Below, piece after piece: positions 43,990 through 49,103 of a stretch of 49,103 nt of DNA (within the stretch, counting starts at the first letter, position 1; every line of letters begins with the position of its first letter). The stretch comes from a virus (taxonomy: Duplodnaviria > Caudoviricetes). The DNA lies in IMG/VR virus record IMGVR_UViG_3300033076_000324, positions 1 through 49,103 of that record, one strand, 5' to 3'. The translations under genes were made by a program, and so were the position numbers. Below the pieces are notes generated by a model. That model was not told where the DNA came from. It did not search any database and saw nothing but the letters and a program-made list of their open reading frames with translations.

Positions 43990-44771
43990 TATCGTCCTGT
44001 GTATTTCTTAGGCAGTGACGCAATTCTACGCTGTTCTTCGGTCATTGGTATCCATCCATCACCCAAGTGCGGATACTTTTTAATTCGGTCTTCTACGACC
44101 ATGGCAAATGCCAGCCCCACGCATGCTGCCATTGCTAATCCAGTTATGCCCAGGGCAATTTCTACTCTGAGTTTTTCAAGTCTTTTTCTTCTGCGAACCA
44201 GGGCAGCATGGTCTTCACGCATGCTCTTGGCAATCAACACACGCTGGGTTTCTCCCATGTGTTTCATCATTGCTTCAACTTCGGTATAAAGGGCACCCAG
44301 TTCCGGCGGGCTTTGATACACCATTAGCTCACGCAGGTCTTTGCTCATTTGCTCTAGTTGCTTGCGCATTAGAACACGTTGCAGGGCTCGTTTACCCAAG
44401 CTAGCATCACCGGTATAAACTTCGTTTTCTGCACGGCGCTCTTCCTCTTCCATGATGGCCATGCACTTGTAGAAATTGTCGTAGTATTCACCCAACTTTT
44501 CGCCAATCTCTTGGTATACACCCAAGTCGGCACCTTCATTGGCTTTTTTGTTTAGCTCAACGACTTCATTCTTTTTCTTAACAAAAGCAGCTTTCTGTTC
44601 TTGAGTGGCAGGCTTTTCGGGAGGATGCAGTTTCTTGAACTGCTCATCCATGTCCTTTAATACTTCTTTTACTTCCCCTGCTGCACCCTTGATGTCTTTG
44701 TAGAGTTTACAGCCAGCCTTGACTGCGGAGACAGCTCCGTTGGCAATGGCAAACAGGGTAATCGGATCCAT
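43989..44771 (-). CDS. Coiled-coil protein with a C-terminal transmembrane segment
   Basis: MDPITLFAIANGAV start, long helical region, TM segment IALGITGLAMAACVGLAFAMVV. Confidence 0.7.
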   Translation of the reverse strand: MDPITLFAIANGAVSAVKAGCKLYKDIKGAAGEVKEVLKDMDEQFKKLHPPEKPATQEQKAAFVKKKNEVVELNKKANEGADLGVYQEIGEKLGEYYDNFYKCMAIMEEEERRAENEVYTGDASLGKRALQRVLMRKQLEQMSKDLRELMVYQSPPELGALYTEVEAMMKHMGETQRVLIAKSMREDHAALVRRRKRLEKLRVEIALGITGLAMAACVGLAFAMVVEDRIKKYPHLGDGWIPMTEEQRRIASLPKKYTGR

Positions 44772-44800
44772 ATTTTATTCTTCTTATTATTCGGATCTCT

Positions 44801-44831
44801 AAAAGAGAAAGCCCTGTATTATTTACAGGGC
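44801..44831 (-). terminator. Terminator-like hairpin containing a TAAATA motif
   Basis: On -: GCCCTGTA-AATAA-TACAGGGC followed by TTTCTCTTTT. Confidence 0.6.
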
Positions 44832-44863
44832 CTTTGCTCTAGATTAAATGTATGTATATTAAA

Positions 44864-45403
44864 TTAGAACCATAACCAAATACCTTGGCTCAGTAATAAC
44901 ACACCAATCACAGCAACAACTTCGCTGACTTTATACATGGTGTTGTTGACAGCAATGATACTTGCCGACAGCAACACAATGGCCAGTTGGAATGCCATTG
45001 ACGCAAATGTCAGCCATGGACTATGCTTTGCTGCTTCATCACGTGCTTTTTCGAATCCCTGCGCCTTGGCCAGCAATTCTTTCTTGCCTTCGCCCGAAGC
45101 AGGATCTGACTCATAACGAGCAATTTTGGCTTCTAGCTTTTCAACTCGTGCCCTATCACCTTTTGATCGGGCTTCTTCTAATTGTCCTTCGGCAATGCTA
45201 CCTTTGATACTTTTAGCTTGGAAGAAAGCGTAGGTATCTGTGGCTTTTAACATGTTCTTCATAACAGCACCTGAGTGCATGTTGGCAAAATATGTTGTTA
45301 CTGCCATGAACAGAGCCATGACAACAATAACTAAGCCTGCTTTGTCTTTGATTTGTGCTTCACGTTCAGAACGTGTGAGTGGTTTTTTGATTTCTTCTGC
45401 CAT
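44864..45403 (-). CDS. Membrane protein, DUF4337-like
   Basis: TM segment, then DTYAFFQAKSIK, a coiled coil, FQLAIVLLSASI and a final TM segment. Confidence 0.7.
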   Translation of the reverse strand: MAEEIKKPLTRSEREAQIKDKAGLVIVVMALFMAVTTYFANMHSGAVMKNMLKATDTYAFFQAKSIKGSIAEGQLEEARSKGDRARVEKLEAKIARYESDPASGEGKKELLAKAQGFEKARDEAAKHSPWLTFASMAFQLAIVLLSASIIAVNNTMYKVSEVVAVIGVLLLSQGIWLWF

Positions 45404-45424
45404 TGTGGCCTCCTTGTGATATAT

Positions 45425-46414
45425 TTAACTACGGTCGGGGAAATAATCTACAATACTGCTTTGACGTCTAATGTCCACTGTGATGCAATGCATGCCGCCG
45501 TCCCAAAATCCACGACATCTAAATGGTACCCAATGCACAGTGATGCCACGTTCATCGAGAGTCTTTTCCAGTGCTTCATTATATCCCAACATCATTACAT
45601 TGGATTCGTTGATTACCAAACAATTTAATTCAAAGTAAGTTTCTGTGTAATCCCCAACCCAGTCTTGTGCATGACGGATAACATGATCGTTGAATGCTTG
45701 ATTAAAACTTATTTCTTCAGCATAGAATTTGCCATTGTATTCGCTGCCGGGCAGCGGAGTAGTTCTGTGATTCCAATAAGTGGATTCATTTAAAAAAATA
45801 CATTCCCAACCTGGAAAATTACGATCATACCCATCATAATAATGATTGGCAATGATCAATCCTGGACGCAATATAGCAAAGCAACCGTCCATGTGCCCGC
45901 CATTCCGTTCCCAGGTAATTCTATAATTTTGAAATAAAGAATCGTTGATTGGCGGAATATCAAATATGTCTGTGTCTATAATTACGTCACGGCCCACACG
46001 CACTACATTGGCACCATTAACGATGTGATTGGCACCAGGAACTACTTGTGCAGGGTTGTAATTGTCGACAGCAGATTTCCAAGCTGGGCTATTTTGATGC
46101 GGTGTCAGTAGAGAGTTGCCCACTGTGAGAAATGTATCACGCGGGCATATTTCTGGCTTTTTGAGCATGCCATTTGAGTCAACAAAATCATTGATTGACG
46201 TGTATTCAGGTCTGCGCACTGTGACCCCAAACTGTTCTAGCTTGGATTGTATAACAGCTAAATCTTGTTTGGTAGTTTCTGTTATTTTGTAAAATACATC
46301 ACGTATTTCGGGAGCCAAATGATCATACCAGTCAGCAGGATAAACATCGCCCAGCCAGACTTCTTCCAGCTGACTCCATGAATTGTGGCTGTTGATCAAT
46401 AGAGATCTTTCCAT
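45425..46414 (-). CDS. Amidinotransferase (glycine / inosamine-phosphate amidinotransferase family)
   Basis: NSHNSWSQLEEVWLG, CPRD, GHMDG and GGMHCITVDIRR give the pentein Asp-His-Cys set. Confidence 0.85.
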   Translation of the reverse strand: MERSLLINSHNSWSQLEEVWLGDVYPADWYDHLAPEIRDVFYKITETTKQDLAVIQSKLEQFGVTVRRPEYTSINDFVDSNGMLKKPEICPRDTFLTVGNSLLTPHQNSPAWKSAVDNYNPAQVVPGANHIVNGANVVRVGRDVIIDTDIFDIPPINDSLFQNYRITWERNGGHMDGCFAILRPGLIIANHYYDGYDRNFPGWECIFLNESTYWNHRTTPLPGSEYNGKFYAEEISFNQAFNDHVIRHAQDWVGDYTETYFELNCLVINESNVMMLGYNEALEKTLDERGITVHWVPFRCRGFWDGGMHCITVDIRRQSSIVDYFPDRS

Positions 46415-47982
46415 TTATCCACTAGATAGTTCTTTAGATCTACCGGGGTTTTTATGTTGTTCTTGCGCATGAACGCATTGATCTTTACAGCACTGGCGTA
46501 GTCTGCATTGCCGGGCTTGCGAGCATTGCTGAGGTCTGTGCCCAGGCCATCGTCTTCATTTCTATAGCCTTGGCCATACACAATTAGGCTGCGTAGTTTC
46601 TTGGCAGCACTGGGTGTCAGCTCGGCTTTGTCTTTTTTGTAGATAAGTTCTAACCAGTCTTCTAAGTAGTTGCGACTGAGACTATATGATCGTCGGCTGG
46701 GCTGTGGGCCCTTTAGTAATTCAGCTGCTGCTGCAGGGCTCACTGCTTTTCTTTTATCTTGCAATTTCCATGCTGTTTCGTCTGTGTATAAAAACGCAGG
46801 GATACCTTGAGTCTTAGCTGACAGCAACACGGTACGCACCTCTGGCGAGCGATTTTCACTCTGTTCTGTGATCAGCACATGCACTTCCAGTATGCTTTCT
46901 GCGTTGGCAGGGATAGCAGGAGTGCGACTATACACACGGTCTTCGGCTTCACGAGAACGTTTGCCCGACGTGTCATGTATCCAAGCACGATTCCAATAAT
47001 CTATGGGTCGAGTTTTGTAGTTGTTGTTTAACCAAGTGCCATTTAACACAAACATCACAGCACTGGATCCCACATAACGATTGTGATAGTCGCCTACTCG
47101 TGTTCTTGTGGTGCTGAGGAAATAAGGATAGCCAGGAATTTCATAGTCCTTTTCAGCTTGTGTGCCTGTAGAGCTTGCTAAAAGAAATTCGCCTGTGGTC
47201 ATTATTTTAGCTGCCGCAGCGGTATTGGTATAATGATACAGCACTGCTGACGCTGCTTCTGTTAGTTGTTGTTCGGCAATTTCGTTGTAGCCTTTGTGGC
47301 CACGGGGCAGAATGTGCTTGCTTTGCTTGGATTGATTCCACGAACGCCACATGGCATTGCCCTGGTCTGTTTGTATGCGGCTAGGCACAATGTCGTTGCC
47401 CAACATCTTGGCATACGCATACATTGTGCTTGCTACACCTTGACTTTGATACTTGGGCAGTACCCAGGTGTTTGCACTAACTAGTGAATTGTGATCTTCG
47501 TCTATAATGAACTCAGTTGACGCAATTTCTTTTCTACCATTGTATACTGTGATCACTAGTGTAGTACCGTAGCCTGAGTTGTTGTCTGCTTCTGCTTTAT
47601 AAAGTAATCCACCAATCTCTTGCTCGTGCTTGAACTCTGAATGATGAATATCAGGGTTGGTTGTTTCCCAAACATTTACTTCCGCGCCGCGATGTTTGTC
47701 CCAAAAACCTCGGCCAGCATCTGTTTGATCCCAACTTCTAATAACAGTATAGCCCAGTGATTTGAGATGGTCATACATGGCCTTGGCAATACCTTGACTT
47801 TGATAACGGTCATCTACCCACAGCGTTTGCGGATCTAGTCTACCTTGCTCGTCAAAGAATAATTCAGCGTTGCCCAGTAGTTTACCATTGGCCAGGGCTC
47901 GAATTGCTACGCCATCAGCATCTTTACTGACTTGAAGGTCTACTCCACTGTGATTCTCTACAACAAACTCTTGGGCTCTCAT
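46396..47982 (-). CDS. Polyvalent protein: two GNAT acetyltransferase domains plus a C-terminal domain of possible ART-like fold
   Basis: VDDRYQSQGIAKAMY...QTDAGRGFW and VLPKYQSQGVASTMY...QTDQGNAMW, then LTE-AASAVLYHYT...FLSTTR...REAEDR. Confidence 0.72.
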   Translation of the reverse strand: MRAQEFVVENHSGVDLQVSKDADGVAIRALANGKLLGNAELFFDEQGRLDPQTLWVDDRYQSQGIAKAMYDHLKSLGYTVIRSWDQTDAGRGFWDKHRGAEVNVWETTNPDIHHSEFKHEQEIGGLLYKAEADNNSGYGTTLVITVYNGRKEIASTEFIIDEDHNSLVSANTWVLPKYQSQGVASTMYAYAKMLGNDIVPSRIQTDQGNAMWRSWNQSKQSKHILPRGHKGYNEIAEQQLTEAASAVLYHYTNTAAAAKIMTTGEFLLASSTGTQAEKDYEIPGYPYFLSTTRTRVGDYHNRYVGSSAVMFVLNGTWLNNNYKTRPIDYWNRAWIHDTSGKRSREAEDRVYSRTPAIPANAESILEVHVLITEQSENRSPEVRTVLLSAKTQGIPAFLYTDETAWKLQDKRKAVSPAAAAELLKGPQPSRRSYSLSRNYLEDWLELIYKKDKAELTPSAAKKLRSLIVYGQGYRNEDDGLGTDLSNARKPGNADYASAVKINAFMRKNNIKTPVDLKNYLVDKWKDLY

Positions 47983-48284
47983 TTTACACTCTCAAATATT
48001 CTTTTCTGTATCTCATACCATTCATTCCATTGATCTACCTTTACAGCACACTCGTAGTAGGTTGAGTAGTTTGTGGTCACTGTAGTAGTTAGGCCACTGA
48101 GCTTTACATCCGCAGGTACTGTTTGTAACTGTGGGCATGTACCTAGTCCCAAGCGTGGTGCTTCTGGAAACTTTGCTGTGACAGGCACAACCGTAGAACA
48201 ACCTGTGATAGCAAGTATCAACATAACAAACAGTGCAAAGATTATTACACTGGATACAATGCCTTGATCACGGTGGTCTCTCAT
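47979..48284 (-). CDS. Outer-membrane lipoprotein, o-spanin (Rz1)-like
   Basis: Start reassigned to MRDHRD at 48284; lipobox ITGC, Pro-rich FPEAP...CPQL, NYSTYYEC...W. Confidence 0.65.
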   Translation of the reverse strand: MRDHRDQGIVSSVIIFALFVMLILAITGCSTVVPVTAKFPEAPRLGLGTCPQLQTVPADVKLSGLTTTVTTNYSTYYECAVKVDQWNEWYEIQKRIFESVK

Positions 48285-48285
48285 A

Positions 48286-49103
48286 TCAGCAGTTCCAACG
48301 ACGACGTGCTTTACAAATTGCTTTGTCTGGAGTTTTAGCACATGAAATATTGTGCATGTTCATTTGACCCTTGGAGCGTGAGCAATAGCTCTTTCTACGC
48401 TTGCTTGCTTTAGAGCCCTTCTTTAGTTTTGAAGGTTTGGTAGTCACAGCAGTTTGTAGTTTAGAACCCGGGTTCTCTCTACGATACGCATTAACAGCCT
48501 TGCGGCTCATGCCATCTGTTTTGTCACGTTTATTGGCTTTTTGCCAGTCTTCGTTTAGTTGTGAAGTCACAGCAAATGCATACAGCTCGTCTTCTGTTAG
48601 CGACTCTAAGTCAGTCCATACTGCTTCAGCGTCAACACCATTTTGAGCAGCAATTGATTCAATGATACGTTCAATCATATCAAACTCTTCTGAGATTTCA
48701 GGATCAACACCTTGTGCTTTTTCGCTTTGGATATAATCCCATACAGTAACTAGATAGTCTTCAGCTAGACTAATCTTTTCCTGACACCATTCAGGTAAAT
48801 TATCTCCTGCATCGATTACTTGTTGTAGGCCCTCTACTGCATTTTGCAGTGTGTGCAAACTGCCTTGTGCCATACCTGCTTCGTCATCGTATTCGGCGTT
48901 GAAGTTTTCCGCCACACCTGCTTCACGCAGGCTTCGATCCTGACGATGTTCGTCATTTAAATCTTTTAGCCACTCAATAGCTTCTTCTCTAGACTCAATG
49001 CAATCTGCACCCAGGTCTGCCTTATAATGATGGCAACCCCAACCTGACGCATCTTGATAAATCTCACCAACTGGCTTGCCACGCTTGGTTTTAATTACTT
49101 CTG
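48286..49103 (-). CDS. Modular probable virion protein, 5' end outside the window; basic Cys-containing C-terminal domain
   Basis: The frame is open to the window edge (...EVIKTKRGKPVGEIYQD...LREAGVAENF...). It contains LPEWCQEKI and ends RRKSYCSRS...KARRRWNC. Confidence 0.75.
   Translation of the reverse strand, partial: EVIKTKRGKPVGEIYQDASGWGCHHYKADLGADCIESREEAIEWLKDLNDEHRQDRSLREAGVAENFNAEYDDEAGMAQGSLHTLQNAVEGLQQVIDAGDNLPEWCQEKISLAEDYLVTVWDYIQSEKAQGVDPEISEEFDMIERIIESIAAQNGVDAEAVWTDLESLTEDELYAFAVTSQLNEDWQKANKRDKTDGMSRKAVNAYRRENPGSKLQTAVTTKPSKLKKGSKASKRRKSYCSRSKGQMNMHNISCAKTPDKAICKARRRWNC

Noticed and set aside
3365-48646. Numerous 60-175 aa plus-strand ORFs in the track
   Set aside because: They are antisense shadows of well-supported minus-strand genes, with no motifs or ribosome-binding sites.
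1-49103. Stop-codon reassignment, as seen in some large phages
   Set aside because: Conserved enzymes are full length under code 11, and TGA, TAA and at least one TAG (38554) end genes at tight junctions.

Overview
This 49 kb window looks like part of a large, distantly T4-like tailed phage genome. It is densely coded, uses the standard bacterial code, and all genes but one are on the minus strand. It has four blocks. (1) 1-18.9 kb: a 7-deazaguanine DNA-modification pathway (queE, queD, folE, a second T-fold protein with the LxxxHRHxF motif of DpdL, and a zinc-less TGT/DpdA-like transglycosylase). This is interleaved with nucleotide-sugar genes (GalE, an RmlB-type dehydratase, a His-type E1/RfbH 3-dehydrase, a YerE-like TPP enzyme, an SDR reductase, a truncated DegT, four glycosyltransferase-like genes and sulfotransferase-like genes). 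(2) 18.9-25 kb: a gp45-like clamp, a family-B DNA polymerase, ClpP and a DsbA-like DNA-binding protein. (3) 25-38 kb and 46.4-49 kb: probable capsid-packaged multi-domain proteins (nucleotidyltransferase, metallopeptidase, amidoligase, GNAT, ParB-like, HxGH NTase, plus Dps). Several share a leader resembling the T4 capsid targeting sequence. (4) 39-48 kb: ClpA, DnaJ, holin-like and spanin-like membrane proteins, and an amidinotransferase. The most notable observations are: the DpdA-like enzyme and the DNA polymerase share a C-terminal N-x4-F-x2-LFDF peptide, suggesting clamp-coupled base exchange; the deazaguanine genes sit with a branched-sugar and glycosyltransferase cluster; there is an ORF-free ~460-nt pseudoknotted element at 10.24-10.69 kb and a ~90-nt one at 25.05-25.14 kb; promoter-inside-RBS-hairpin switches recur; and several genes appear leaderless behind TAAATA. 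All assignments come from reading motifs by eye. No database searches were run.
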